NCBI GenBank assembly: GCA_044892525.1
Contig: CM097886.1
Location: 82,026,001 to 82,090,000 of the forward strand
DNA: 64,000 nucleotides
From: Schmidtea polychroa
Taxonomy: Eukaryota
Direction: 5' to 3'
Of this stretch, positions 12,995 through 25,359 are shown one piece after another. The notes beneath the pieces were generated by a model. It was not told where the DNA came from and searched no databases. It saw only the letters and a program-made list of their open reading frames with translations. The translations under genes and the position numbers were made by a program. Position 1 is the first letter of the stretch. Each line of letters opens with the position of its first letter.

Positions 12995-15900
12995 AATCTT
13001 TCAAAATTTCAAGAAATAAAATTTAATAAATTGATGAGTCAATTTAATGATGTACACACTAATCGCCACTATAGGAAATGTATCTCAGTGGTGTTTGGTG
13101 TATGTGCAGTTCTTGAGTAAGAACATAATTCACCATATTTGTTGCAAATGTTGTACTCTTCCAAATCATAATAAGTTTTAATTTATGACCTTACTATTCT
13201 TTTCCATATTGTGCTTTTCAATATTACCGCCATATGTTACAACTTCAATAATTCATTGATCTCCGCAGTTTGTGTTTCATAATTACCATTTTTTATACCT
13301 TTTAAAATGCTTTCAGTTGATTTATTGCTAAAGATACATGTTTAATTCAATCCATAGTCCTATAATTTTTCTTCCACTGAATGTAACATTGCGTACGACG
13401 CAATATAAACTTTAAAAATTTTTAAACCGTATCAAAAAGAGTAGAATTTTTTGTCAATTATTCAGTATGGATCTTATGCGTATAAAAAATAATTTATTGT
13501 AGGTTCATATAGTGGGGATACGACTAACACAGATTATATTGGATTATTATATTTATTGAAATGTGCAAAGCGTCATTAATTGATAATATAAATAGATAAG
13601 ATCTTCAGTTACTCGCTTTTCTGTCGATCTTAATTTTTTTTAAATATTTATATGAATTATTTATTTAATTATTATTAATATCTATACATTAATTTAATTT
13701 TGTTAAGTTGCAATTATAATTTTGCAACTAAAAATCTAACTCCGCATGTTCTTCATCAGAACTCAACATAAAACCTTTATTACTATAAATTAAAAATTTT
13801 CGTCGATACAAAATGATACGTTGCTTTTTTATCTTTTTATATTTATATAGATATTTTTTAATAAAAATTTATATTTTCATAATTTGCTATTTGGCCACAA
13901 TTTACATAATTTTAACAAGTGTATCGCCCCAAGCAATGAAGCGAATATGATTAAATCAAATAGAAACCTCTTCTGTTTTCAAATTATCTAACATTTTGCT
14001 TTTCCTTCAGTCCTTTTTTCTTCAATCGATTGCCAACTTGTTTAAAATTTAAATTTGTTTTATAGAACTTTCTCAATTATTGATCCACGAGGAGACGAAA
14101 AATTTTGATACAGTTTGCATATGACTTTGATTGCTATGATGACCTGACATCTTTAATACACGCATGTGGGACCAATGATCAATAGCTACCGTGTAAAATA
14201 CTTATAAATCTTGTTGCCGAATAATGATAACTAAATTTGTTTTTATCGCAGTGGATGTGCATTTAACACTTAATGTGTTAATTAATTTGTATTTTCTAAA
14301 TACTCTGTTTCGGAACCCCTATCGATTTTATATTAATATATTCGTATTCATCTCATCATTTATCTACTCTGAAAAATATCAATTTTTAATTAGTTTCAAT
14401 TTTATTTTTGTGTTTTGCGTTAAATTTTATATATGAATTACTTTGCACATAATTATGCGTATATTAATTTTAAATAATCCAAGATTTTCTAAAATTAGAC
14501 CAGTTGCTTTAAGATCTATATTTTTAATACCGCCCACATTAACTTTAATACGTCAATACTTTATCGAGAACGATCTTTGGTTAATGTATTGTTCTAACTG
14601 CGTGAAGTTTGCGACGTTACATGAAAAATCGTCTTGTAGAAAGACTTTTCTAGCACTCTGATAGATCCAAAAAGAATTGTATATGTATGTAAACAGTGTA
14701 ATATGCTGTTTTGTGTTTTGAACCATTTAACTTTTTAAAAAATTATAATTAATACTTGTTTGAAATATTTCTGTTTTTTATTACATAAATTTATTTTCTA
14801 ACATGACAGTAAGTATTTTAAAAAACATTAATTAAAATTCAAATTCCAAAATAATTTATTTGGCCAATATTCATTAAATTCTATAATATCCAATGTTCCA
14901 CTGGAGAAATTTTTGTTGTCTATGCCCCTAATTTCAAAAGTGAAATATTAAAATATATATCATGTTAAGAAAAGTAAAAAAAAATATGCATAACAAATTT
15001 TTGTCACTGCTTTTATTGAGTGATAAAAAACATTTCTGTAAGTCAATGAGGTTTTGTTATCGCTCTGATCCACATGGTTTTCTCCGATTTCTTAATTTCT
15101 TCAATTTTATTTTTCGTTTTAAAAATGAATTTATTTATTATTTAGTCAGTTACTGTTGATATTGATTCGGTTACAGAGGTTGGTTCAGAATTGACAAGTT
15201 TAATAGACAGATTGGAAATTACTTCCGGGAACAGTGATTAATGCTTATTAGCTATGCTAGTCTCATCAAGTTTTGTGTCCTCGTATAATTTAATTACTTC
15301 ACTGTTTAATGAATGTTGCACATTTTTTCGATATGAAATACTTTATTATTTTCACTTTTGAATTTATGTTAGCATTTTTTCTTGGAACTTAAAGTTCACT
15401 AAAATTATTTGGATTTTATAAATATTGAAATTAACTTGTGTTTGGAGTTTATTTTGTTTTAATTAGTTTTAAATTGTTCAAAAAAATATTTCTACATATC
15501 AATAAAAAATAAAATTTTAATTATAATACATTTCGGGCTCTGTTACACATTCTGATTAATGTCTAAACACGAAATTAGCGTTATAGACATAAACTACAAA
15601 TATTTCCTTATTGTGTATACTTATTAATTTTCTATTCATTTCAAAGATTTCTCTTTATCTTCAGTTTCTATCAAATAATACGCCTTCTCTTTTTTTACTT
15701 TATTATCTACTCCTTTATTAATTTTTGTTTTCCTATTCTTGTCACATTATTTTTATTTTCGTTAACATAATGAACTACTAGGTTTCACTCACTCATTTGA
15801 GCTCAATCATTTTATAACTCATTTTGATTGTTTTATTTTTAGTATATATATATATATATATATATATATTATCCATTTGTTTATCGACTTCAATGGCACT

Positions 15901-17135
15901 TGTATTATGGAGTTTTATTTTAGGTTAATTGTTTAGCCCAGCCACGTATCTAGTAAAATCTGTCTTGAGAGAGCCTGGGTTATATACATGTGTGTAAGGA
16001 TGAGAAGCAAAAAATTTGTTAACTAGTTCACGACGTGTTTTTATTTTAAGTGACGGTATCATAACATTTTCCACCGATGCAGATGGCAACACTGGTGTCG
16101 CATTAAAAAACTAAATGATTCGCAAATTTAACCCAATTAAAGCCATATAAATCCTGACATAATCGCAGAATAGTTACATGTTAAAGAAAATTAAACATGC
16201 ATCATAAAAATAAGTTCGTTTCTTTAAATTATTTTTTAACATCAAATAACTGCTGTTATCGAGTTAGGGTTTTTAACTTAGTTAGACCAAGGCACAACAT
16301 TTGTAAGAAATAATTATGGATTGTCTCAATACAGCTATTTGAACCAAGGCATTGTACTGTAAGTGCTTAGAGGCTGTTGTTTAAATGTTCAAGGTATTTG
16401 CGCTTAGGGTAACTCATTTTAATGTTCTAAAGCTGCTTATAGATTTAGGATAATTCTTTCCTAAAGGTCTTCATGATTATGTTTCTTTGTACCATCTGTG
16501 TAAGCATGGCAACAGTCATGTTGGTAATGTACATTGGCTGAATATCAATAAGCAGTTGAGCTCCACTACTAGAACTACTCATTTCATTTTATGTTTTGTT
16601 GGCGTATGTGGAGAAGCAAAAAAGAATTATACATGCATTTCCATCACACCTATCAAGCATCATGGCTCCGTTATACATTTTCTACACATACTCCAAATGA
16701 TTGATTGCATATTCCCACATATGAGCCCATGGTGATGTTCCATGTTGGTGCTGCTCATACGGGTCGGAAAAAGTTAGCAGGTGAGCCCCTGCCTTAGGAC
16801 TACTCCTAACCCTTTCTCGGTTCGGGTCCACGGTGCCTTAGAAGGACTTACCCACATACATGCGTGTCACTCAGTCTGATCCTGGTCCAAAGGAACGACT
16901 TTCAACTTTAATTACCTTCATTCCGTAGCAGTATCTCATTTATCCTAATTGCACAAACAAATATATGAAAGCTCGACAAAACTGAAATCAAACAGAAAAT
17001 TTTATTGACACTGAAACGATAAAACATCATACTACTAACAGATCAACAGCAGTCAAAAAGATATAACATTAGCAACATTCACAAGATAATTTACAACTCA
17101 ATGAAGAGGAAAATCAAGCTCAATTGTCCGTCACG

Positions 17136-17897
17136 TTAAACAAAGTTATCTCCATCGGCCAGTATCTCATCTATGTCGACCGGTAATCGACTATCCACAA
17201 TGTACTTGATGCCCTCAGCTGGAACGATGCGGAAAACTTCCTTCAAGGGGATTGAATGGGAGGACGTTATCTCTTGGATTTTTGATTTCGCCGCTAATAA
17301 GGACGTCTCGAGTGCTGTCATCGCATCTCGGCGTTTTTGGTTCTTCTCGGCTCGAGTTGGCCGTTTCCGTTTGCGGGTAGTCGGGGGGTTTTCGGTGTCC
17401 GTGGTACCGATTTGTGCTACCAAGATTGGAGCTACGATGGGATCGGTAGATCCACCTGTCTTTGGCTGGTGACTGGACAATACCGGGGCTGGAATGGGCG
17501 GTAGTTGTGAGCCGTGCCCCTGGCAGTGCGAACTGGAAGATGTAGAAGACTGGTGGTGCAGGGGAAAGACATTCATCCCATCCAGAACGGGAAATTCTCG
17601 CACCCGCTTAGCCAATTCTACCTCCGTATATACCTTATGGAGGGCTTCTGATTGCGCTTTGATGGTGAGCCGCTGGCAACGGCTTTCCTCTAGCAGGCTG
17701 TCCCTGCAATGCTCTAATCGGAGAATTTTCTTGCGTTCCTCTTTCATTTGTGGCGGGGAGAACCACGTTCCTTCATAGAGATCAATTCTCTTTTTGAGAG
17801 CCCCGATATATAAATGCAGTTGGGTGATATCCGCGTTCTTGTCCGCACAAGAAAAACACGGGCGGAGTTCTTTGGCGTTGTTGGACGATGTAGCCAT
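17136..17897 (-). CDS. LTR-encoded 253-aa orphan protein (CxxC, coiled coil, basic NLS-like RKRKRP)
   Basis: Intact ATG ORF; ttttctag directly before ATG; AATAAA ~130 nt after the stop (+ strand tttatt 17001-06). Confidence 0.75.
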   Translation of the reverse strand: MATSSNNAKELRPCFSCADKNADITQLHLYIGALKKRIDLYEGTWFSPPQMKEERKKILRLEHCRDSLLEESRCQRLTIKAQSEALHKVYTEVELAKRVREFPVLDGMNVFPLHHQSSTSSSSHCQGHGSQLPPIPAPVLSSHQPKTGGSTDPIVAPILVAQIGTTDTENPPTTRKRKRPTRAEKNQKRRDAMTALETSLLAAKSKIQEITSSHSIPLKEVFRIVPAEGIKYIVDSRLPVDIDEILADGDNFV

Positions 17898-20037
17898 CTA
17901 GAAAATCAATCATTGTTTATATTTACTCGGAAAAACCTCTATCAGTGAGAAAAGAAAAATCAAATTTTTGAGCGTGGCTTTGGAGTTTATCAAGCATACC
18001 ACCCAACGATGACCCACACCCTTCTTCATCCATCTCTATACGCAGTCATTCAGTTGCAAACATTCAAATCTCTTCACCTGATTCGTGTAATTTAAGAAAC
18101 GGAAACGGGGATTCGTACACCAAAATTCTCTCTACACAAACCTCGCCCTTTGGGTTTAATTTCGGATGGGCCATTCCCAGGTAAAACTCGTCTTTTACTT
18201 TATCCCCTTCAACCTTATTCCCCTTAGTATATTTTTATTTAAAAAATTTGCTGATATCATTATGGCAATCCGTCGATGTAGGCGTGCGTAAAATTACAGA
18301 GAAATAATTCACGGCGACGGAATAGATTATTTATGTTTTTATCTCGTGCAAAATTATGGAATTGATCACGTAATCAGTTGAAAATTCTACTCTAAATCTA
18401 CATCTAATTAATTCAAATAACGCGTCGAAATCATCGTCATGGAAAACGTTTACTTGTGATTATGTATTATGATTGACTGTGTAGGTGTGTCATTACTCCT
18501 GGTGGTATCTGTAACTGTATGTTGGCTATCACTGCGAATGATGGTTTATGCTGTTATGAGAAATTATGATATATCGAGTTGTGTAGGGGAAATCCATTCC
18601 TTTACTTCAGCTTATTATCTCACCGTTCTAGAAAAATTCACATCATCATGCCGCTATTACATCACCAAAAATTGTGTATTTACTTTTACACTGCCCTGCG
18701 TAGATTCGACGGTGGTGCGTGTGTATGTGCATGCTCAAGTCGGAATAGTAGTGGTTGCGTAATAGCTTCCTCAAATAAGCAGCCGTAGATGAATTGGAAA
18801 ATCAGATTAATCAATCTGAGTGGGCGACAACTTCATAGATTATTGGGTAAGCTCAACATTATCATCTAATTTCCTTTTACGATATTAATTCAGATCAATG
18901 ACTATCAACTTATCCATTTGACATTTTCTCAGAAAAACTAGCATGTTATCTCTTTCTCCAGGACATTATCAGATATCTCCTGTCGACTAACTCTACGCTG
19001 GCTAATGTAAATCAACTGATTTCGTTATCGTTGGCAACTACTGTCTGCGAGCTCGAAGTAAGAATTTTGATAATTTCCCTGCAAGATGTTTACTTCCCTG
19101 TCAGCGAGAGATTTTTTATCACTGGCAATGGCGACTCACGGACGACAATCAAATCGTAAGAGTACATCGACAATGGATGTAACCGCTAACATCATGACGG
19201 CACAAATTAGACAGAACCTTGCAAACACAGAGCGTCACCGAAAAATCGTTGGATTTACTTGCAATCTATGGTCAACACCGTTCTTTCCTAACTACGTCGA
19301 TCGACCGGCTGAATATCCCAAAAAAAATCTTTCTCCTAACTAGGTGGATTATTATCGTCACGGCCTATCTCGCTCTAAATTGCCTGCATTCGGAATTCAA
19401 ATCATCTCTACATCTACTGGAAATCTCGATTTGACTAAATGAATCGATGGTAAGCTCTATGGACGATCGCGCTTGATGAAGGAAATTTTCACTTATCAAC
19501 TGGATGTTCCACCTACTGAGTTTCTTCACCCCTCACGACACACCCAAGAAGGCATTCATTGCTGCCGCCTCCTTGCACCGTCATGAGGGACCAATCAACT
19601 CGTTTCCATTCAATCAAATCAACAATACAATAATCAAACTGAATGATAGAAAAATGCATAAATAAAATTTACCCGGCGACCGTATCATTTGGACTCCAAG
19701 TATGATGTTGCTCATCCTACGAAATCGAAACCTCATCGTCTCCTTGATGGATATCTAATATGACAAATATCATGCTCTACACATATCACATTCTTCGTTC
19801 AGCATGTTCGTGATTTCTTATGCATACCAACCTTTCCACGGTGGTGTCCTCTACTGCAGTACAATTCCAACTCGTCCACATCATACTGGAAGCTCTCAGA
19901 TGGTACAGTCGCCGGTACCATGAAGAAAGGCAACTTTTCATTTAAATAAATTTATTATATGAAATTGTTTTATTATATTTATGATAATTAACGAAATTAA
20001 ACTAATAACCATAAATAAAACAATTGTCGAGGCATAC

Positions 20038-20115
20038 CTTGAGTTTCGAAAACTGAAGTTAAATCGGTTGAATTTAAAATTTTCCTGAATGGATTTGTAG
20101 TTTGGCCTCTATATA
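20038..20115 (-). promoter_or_regulatory. Candidate TATA box, initiator, ~49-nt leader exon and splice donor (3' LTR copy)
   Basis: Minus strand TATATAG 20115-20109; TCAG with A at 20086, 29 nt from the TATA; AAG|GTATGC donor at 20038/20037. Confidence 0.55.
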
Positions 20116-20192
20116 TTCCTTCCTCGGTTTGGTTTGGAAATCTCTGAACTAGTTCGCTGTAGGCTAATTAAAGGTTCCGAAATCTGTCAAGT

Positions 20193-20263
20193 CTGTAGAA
20201 TATTTTTTAAAAGTGGTCTATAACGAACCAAAGTTTACCTGTAGAATATTTTTTAAAAGTGGT
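20193..20263. repeat. 25-bp direct repeat pair in the putative U3 (period 46 bp)
   Basis: CTGTAGAATATTTTTTAAAAGTGGT at 20193-20217 and 20239-20263; also present in the other LTR. Confidence 0.9.
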
Positions 20264-21042
20264 AATCTACAGATATTTTCCGTTCCTTATATATTATTTT
20301 TCGTCCAATCAGGACACGACTTGTTTGTATTTTTACTATTTATTATTATTTTTATGTTTTTTATTATAATATATTAGATTTTAATGACTTAACTTATTTC
20401 TTATTATTATTTTATTTATTTTCTTATTTTTATTATTTTCCTCCTATTTTTCCTGTGGATTTATTGCTACTTTATTGTAATATAATTTTTTGTTTTAATT
20501 AGACTTAAAGATAGTTTTATTTTTATTTATTTCTTAAATTTCTCGTTTATTTGTTGTCACTTTTTTACTTATTCTATTCTATTTCATCTGCTGGGTCCTA
20601 AATCGCTTTATTTCTAAATCTTAAGGGGTTTATTGGGTTTTATTTAGTTTGTTTTACTTATTCTTATTCTCTTATTGATATTTTATTGTTCCTTTTTGAT
20701 TTATTAGTGAGAATTTGATGGTACTTTATATTTTTATTTTATTTCGTTTATTTTTCAAGGATTACTTTTCTCTTCGCTCCAGTTTTCGAAACTCCGCGTT
20801 TTAGCCCAACAAATCACTCCGGGGCCCGTTAAAATTGCGCCCCGCAATTCACATAATATCATATTTTTAAATCATACCTTCTTTTGGCATAACAACTAAT
20901 TTCACGGTCAACATTCACACAAACATAAAATTAAAATAACTAAATAATACTTTAATTAAACAGATAAAAGGACAAATATAAGCAAGCAGTGGCCACTTTA
21001 GGTGACCGGATTTATACACACAAAGTTTATGAATGGTCGATG

Positions 21043-21678
21043 TCACATGATCTCAAGGTTCGGAATGTTATTACTGTCTTGGTTGGTTGAATTCTGGGTC
21101 GGATGGCTGGTTGAAGTTGTTATCGTGGGGAGCTGGATTGTGACAGGCATTTGGTCGGAAGATAGATTTTGTTGCATTTGGTCGGGTGGGTTTGGTTGTT
21201 GAAAATGTACTGCTCGTTTATGTTTATTTTTCGGTCGTGGGTTCTTTCTTTCGTGTTTCTCGGATAGTGACTGGTTTCTTCTCCATGTTCGATGAATATC
21301 ATACGCTTTCCAGATGACTAGTGCGCAGATGATAAGGGTTTCACTGATGGTAGTATAGAGTAAGACTTGGCTTTCTTTTGCTTCCTTCTTCACGATGATT
21401 TCCTTCAAGGATTGTTGGGTGGTTTGTTCTTGTAAGAGAATTTCGAGCTGTTCGATTTTTTGGGTTTGTAGGTGGAGTTGCATTTGAAGTTTTTGCCAGA
21501 CGGCTTTGTTCCAGTATTGCTTCGGGATGTTGTTGGAGAGCTTTCTTTCGCTTTTCAGTTTGGTTAACGGGTTTTGCTGTTTCTCGGGATTCTCCCAGAG
21601 TGTTGGGATTGGCTGCCACATGGGTATTCCGTTTATCGCTATCATCATTATTGTCACCAGGGTTGCTTCGAACCACAT
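21043..21678 (-). CDS. 211-aa accessory type-I membrane protein, orphan
   Basis: N-terminal hydrophobic MWFEATLVTIMMIAINGI, Q/L-rich coiled coil, TM TLIICALVIW followed by a basic tail; acceptor-like TAG 1-4 nt before ATG. Confidence 0.75.
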   Translation of the reverse strand: MWFEATLVTIMMIAINGIPMWQPIPTLWENPEKQQNPLTKLKSERKLSNNIPKQYWNKAVWQKLQMQLHLQTQKIEQLEILLQEQTTQQSLKEIIVKKEAKESQVLLYTTISETLIICALVIWKAYDIHRTWRRNQSLSEKHERKNPRPKNKHKRAVHFQQPNPPDQMQQNLSSDQMPVTIQLPTITTSTSHPTQNSTNQDSNNIPNLEIM

Positions 21679-21733
21679 ACTACTATACGAAAATTTTTAT
21701 TTACAATTATTTACATTGATCATTCATTTTTAA

Positions 21734-22435
21734 TTATTGCCGGGTTTTCTTTTTACGGGTTTTCTCGGATGTTCTCATCACTCTCGTTTCTGCTTTTATT
21801 ACTCGTTTTCTCAATTCGGGTAATACTTTTAATTGTTTGTCCCTTTCGTCTAACTGTTGCTTTAGGGTTATTATTTTTTCTTTTAGTGTTTTTATTTCTT
21901 GTGTTGCTCTTTCGAGGTTTTTATGGTTCATTATCTGTAGAAAATCATTTTCCCTTTCCCCGTCTTCTTCGTTGTCTATTTCCTGGTATTTGTTGTTCAT
22001 TCGTCTCATTATCTCACATTCTTTCTGTTTTTGGTGTAGTTGGAGTTGTAACTCTTTCAGGCTTTCTTGGTGTTTCCGTGCCTCGGTTTTCCAATAGTCA
22101 CTAATCACTTCGTCGGCCTTTCGACTGGCCCTCTCCTGCCATAATTCTTCCGCGATCTTTTCCCAATTTCTCCCTCGCTTTCTTTGCTCGTGAAGCCATT
22201 CGTTTTCTTCCTCTACTTCTTTCTTTACTCCTTCTAACAAGATATATTCTCTTTTCAATACTTTGATCATTTTTCGATTATCTCTCCACCTTTCTACTAA
22301 TCTTTCGTTTTCCTGTCTCTCTTCTTGTAATTCTTCCTTGATAGTTTTCTTCCTCTCCACTTCATCAACTTCAATTTCCCCCTCTTCTAACTCGATTGTA
22401 GGTGTTATGATGGGTTGTCCGTTTTCAGTGTTCAT
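21734..22435 (-). CDS. 233-aa accessory coiled-coil protein, orphan
   Basis: Intact ATG ORF, E/K/R-rich heptads, same A-rich coding bias as the polyprotein; tattatag|aaaATG. Confidence 0.8.
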   Translation of the reverse strand: MNTENGQPIITPTIELEEGEIEVDEVERKKTIKEELQEERQENERLVERWRDNRKMIKVLKREYILLEGVKKEVEEENEWLHEQRKRGRNWEKIAEELWQERASRKADEVISDYWKTEARKHQESLKELQLQLHQKQKECEIMRRMNNKYQEIDNEEDGERENDFLQIMNHKNLERATQEIKTLKEKIITLKQQLDERDKQLKVLPELRKRVIKAETRVMRTSEKTRKKKTRQ

Positions 22436-22610
22436 TTTCTATAATATATACATAATTAATAATTGCGCTACAGTGCGGCTTATACTTATACATTTATATG
22501 TTATTTTATAATCAGGGTTACAGTCCCTTTCATACTTTTACTGTACCATTAATTTTTTTTGGTTGGGATACAGGTCCCGATTTTTATATTTTTTATCTTT
22601 CCTTTTATCT

Positions 22611-23648
22611 TTATACAAAGGTCTCTTCCTGGCCTACATATCCTTCATCGCTTTCTACTGACGTTTGTAATTGGAGTGCGATGGGATCAAATGGGATGTA
22701 GTACCGGGGAATCTGCGCTCTAAGTTCTTGGACTTCGTCTCTTAGCGCTCTTGACACATTGAGTTCCTCGTCCAATAGGTAGGTTAAATACCTAGTTTCG
22801 TCATCCCGTACCTCTATCTGTTTTTCCAACTCTTCTGCCTTTTCGCCGTTCTCCCATTTCTTGATCTCCTTTTCTAGGTTCTTGATATTTTCGTCGTACA
22901 TCTTTCTCTCGTTTTCCAATTTCTTGTTCTTACCGGCTAGCACTATATTCCTTTGTTCTAGTGCCCCCTTATAGCCGTTATTATCTCTTTCAAGATCTGC
23001 CACCTTGTTTACGAGTTCGACGATTCTACCTGACTGTTGCAGGATCATCTCTTCCATGGCGGTATTCTCCTGTTCCTTTATAGACAGTTTCATGGCTAGA
23101 TGCCTTTCAAATTCCATGGCCTTGGTCTGCCAGGTCTGACTTCGTGCTGCTATTTTCCTGAGCCTTCTTAGCTCTTCTCTCTGATCAAGGTTTTCTTCCC
23201 ATTTCCCTTGATCACTCTCGTGTTCCAACCTCTGCGGCAATTCTCTCATCTCTTTTTGGATTTCCCGATGTTGTTTTTTCCACTTTCTGGCTTCTGCTAA
23301 TAGTTGGCGGGTCTTTCTTTCCTCCTTTTGTTTTTCTATTTCCCGCTTCTTATTCTCATCCGTTAGTCTTTTTCTTGATTCTTGTACTAGCTGCTTCAGG
23401 TAATGCCCGTGCGCCTCTTGCCTGGTATTTTCTAATGCCGACCATTTGGCGGCTCTTTTGCAGGCCTCGGCCTCTGCCCGTAAATTCTGTACTAACCACT
23501 GGAATTGGTGGTTTTCCCATTCTCTCGCTTCTTCGAGGTAATTTCGTGTTTGGTTTGATAATTGTATCATTACTTTGACCCATATTCCCTTATGGATTTT
23601 ATTGACTTTGGTTTCGTGGTTTGGGGCTTCAGTTCCTTCTTGTGTCAT
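22611..23648 (-). CDS. 345-aa accessory coiled-coil protein, orphan
   Basis: Intact ATG ORF of extended heptads; ttatttag|acaaagATG; ends in ETFV. Confidence 0.82.
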   Translation of the reverse strand: MTQEGTEAPNHETKVNKIHKGIWVKVMIQLSNQTRNYLEEAREWENHQFQWLVQNLRAEAEACKRAAKWSALENTRQEAHGHYLKQLVQESRKRLTDENKKREIEKQKEERKTRQLLAEARKWKKQHREIQKEMRELPQRLEHESDQGKWEENLDQREELRRLRKIAARSQTWQTKAMEFERHLAMKLSIKEQENTAMEEMILQQSGRIVELVNKVADLERDNNGYKGALEQRNIVLAGKNKKLENERKMYDENIKNLEKEIKKWENGEKAEELEKQIEVRDDETRYLTYLLDEELNVSRALRDEVQELRAQIPRYYIPFDPIALQLQTSVESDEGYVGQEETFV

Positions 23649-23868
23649 CTTTGTCTAAATAACGATATCATTAACTCAACGTTGTACGCTTATATCTGGT
23701 TTATTATTTATTTATTTTTATAATTCGTTATAGGAGTTGTTTTAGGAGTTTTCCGCTTAAGTTTACCTTTGGTAGATTTGGGGGGAATTTTTCTACACTA
23801 CTATATAATATTTTACTGGATATATACGCCGATATTTACAATTAGTATATACAAAATTATTCGTCTCT

Positions 23869-25258
23869 CTACTCAGTCCTACTCTTCCCGTCTCGTCTCA
23901 CCGCTATTTTTATGTATATAGTGTCGTTTCTCGTCATGTCTTCTACTTTCCGCTGTAGGATGAAATTTGGTGCTCCAGTTGCTGGTCCTTCTTCTTCCAA
24001 GGGCCTTTGGTAACATACGAGGTTTCCCGCTGTATGGAAACTCTGTTCATGAATACTTTGATGGTTCATCATTGCGAGGTCTATTTTTGCTTTGAATGGC
24101 CATTCTATTAACTCGTCGTATGGCCCTTTGCACATCAAGAAGAATACTGAGAAATGCGTTCCGTATGCACTTCCATCCCCATTGGGGTATGTTTTCATTT
24201 TCATTTTATACCCGTTTTTCCATGAGTAGAATGCTGGACTTAGTAATGTTGTATCCTTTTCCATTTCTCGCTCTCTGCATCTTCTCTTTTACTCCCGTTA
24301 TTTTCCATATGTATGGAGCCGTGGGTATTAATTCGTTGAGGTTTAATTCGCTTACTTTTTGATGTAGTTCTTTCACCATAATGTTGCTAGTTTCTACTAG
24401 ATTTGTCTGTATCTTTGTACTTGTTCTCGCCTCTTCAAATGCTTCCTTTTCTTCCAATAGTTCTTTTACCAACGTTTTTAGCGAGACTATTTCTCTTTCT
24501 AAGTTTTCGGTTTTCCTTTCGTTTTCTTGTAATACCGTTGACCATATTTCCGCGTGTGTTGATACGTTTTCTGCTAGATGTTGGGGTAATTCCCCTCGGT
24601 GTAATTGTTTCTGACATCCCCATTTTCCTAACACACACCTTATCTTTTTCCTTTCACACTCTTTTAGATGTTGAGCGAGTTTTATTACTCCGGGTTTATC
24701 GCATTTATTGGGACATTCTCCTCTGAATTCTGCGCACACTTTCTCCTCTTGTATGTTGTGATGTTGCCTGATTAGTTTTTTCCAGGTGTCGGTTTCTCCG
24801 CAATACTCACATTTCTCCAGTCTTTCTTCGCATCGACTTTGATGTTCTGCTTCTTCATTGACTTTAATCTCTTCTTGGCAACGTTTGCATTGACTGATTT
24901 TATACTCACATTGCTCCATATGTTGCCTTACTTCCCATATCACTCCTCGCCAACTACATGGGGTGTTTTTACATCCTAGGTTTGCATTCAACATATCTTT
25001 TACAGCTGCTTTATCTTCGTTTGTATCTCCCAAACTTGTTATCATTGTTTCTTTGCATACTGGGCACCATTGTGGTCCCTTCTTTATTATCTCCTCTACA
25101 CATTCTCTGCACATTCTGCATCCACATCTGGTTTGGTGAGGTTCTCTTAATAAGCTCTTGCATATTCCACACGTTACATGGTTGTGTATTCGAATTGTGG
25201 TGGACTTTCTGACTTGTTCAACAATTTCTTTGAATTCTTCTCGTTGTCGCTTATCCAT
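23869..25258 (-). CDS. TRAF-family homologue (RING, TRAF zinc fingers, coiled coil, MATH) split by a 1-nt frameshift near 24257-24260
   Basis: RING CGICKSLLREPHQTRCGCRMCRECV..CPVCK; CPNKC and GC..HL..H zinc fingers; MATH motifs YIWKI in one frame and LSPAFYS..GYKM..YPNGDG..GTHFSVF..GPYDELIEWPF..YIKI in the next. Removing one A gives a 462-aa TRAF with no introns. Confidence 0.92.
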
Positions 25259-25263
25259 TTCTA

Positions 25264-25298
<35 letters not shown>

Positions 25299-25359
25299 GT
25301 TACTGGTACAGTTTCGTATTTTTATTTACAGTTATTTACATTGCTATTTTAGGTTATAT

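Larger units (their letters stand above)
16597..20811 (-). repeat. 3' LTR (4,215 bp)
   Basis: Copy of 42957-47170. Differences noticed by eye: C16617 vs G, C17734 deleted in the other copy, one C/A near 20560. Confidence 0.97.

Noticed and set aside
14580-14740. piggyBac-like Cys-rich tail (CSNC..YVCKQCNMLFC)
   Set aside because: No catalytic domain, TTAA-flanked ends or continuous frame found.
16597-20811. The 4.2-kb duplication as an assembly artefact or segmental duplication
   Set aside because: TG..CA inverted ends, TSD, PBS position and small sequence differences fit true LTRs.
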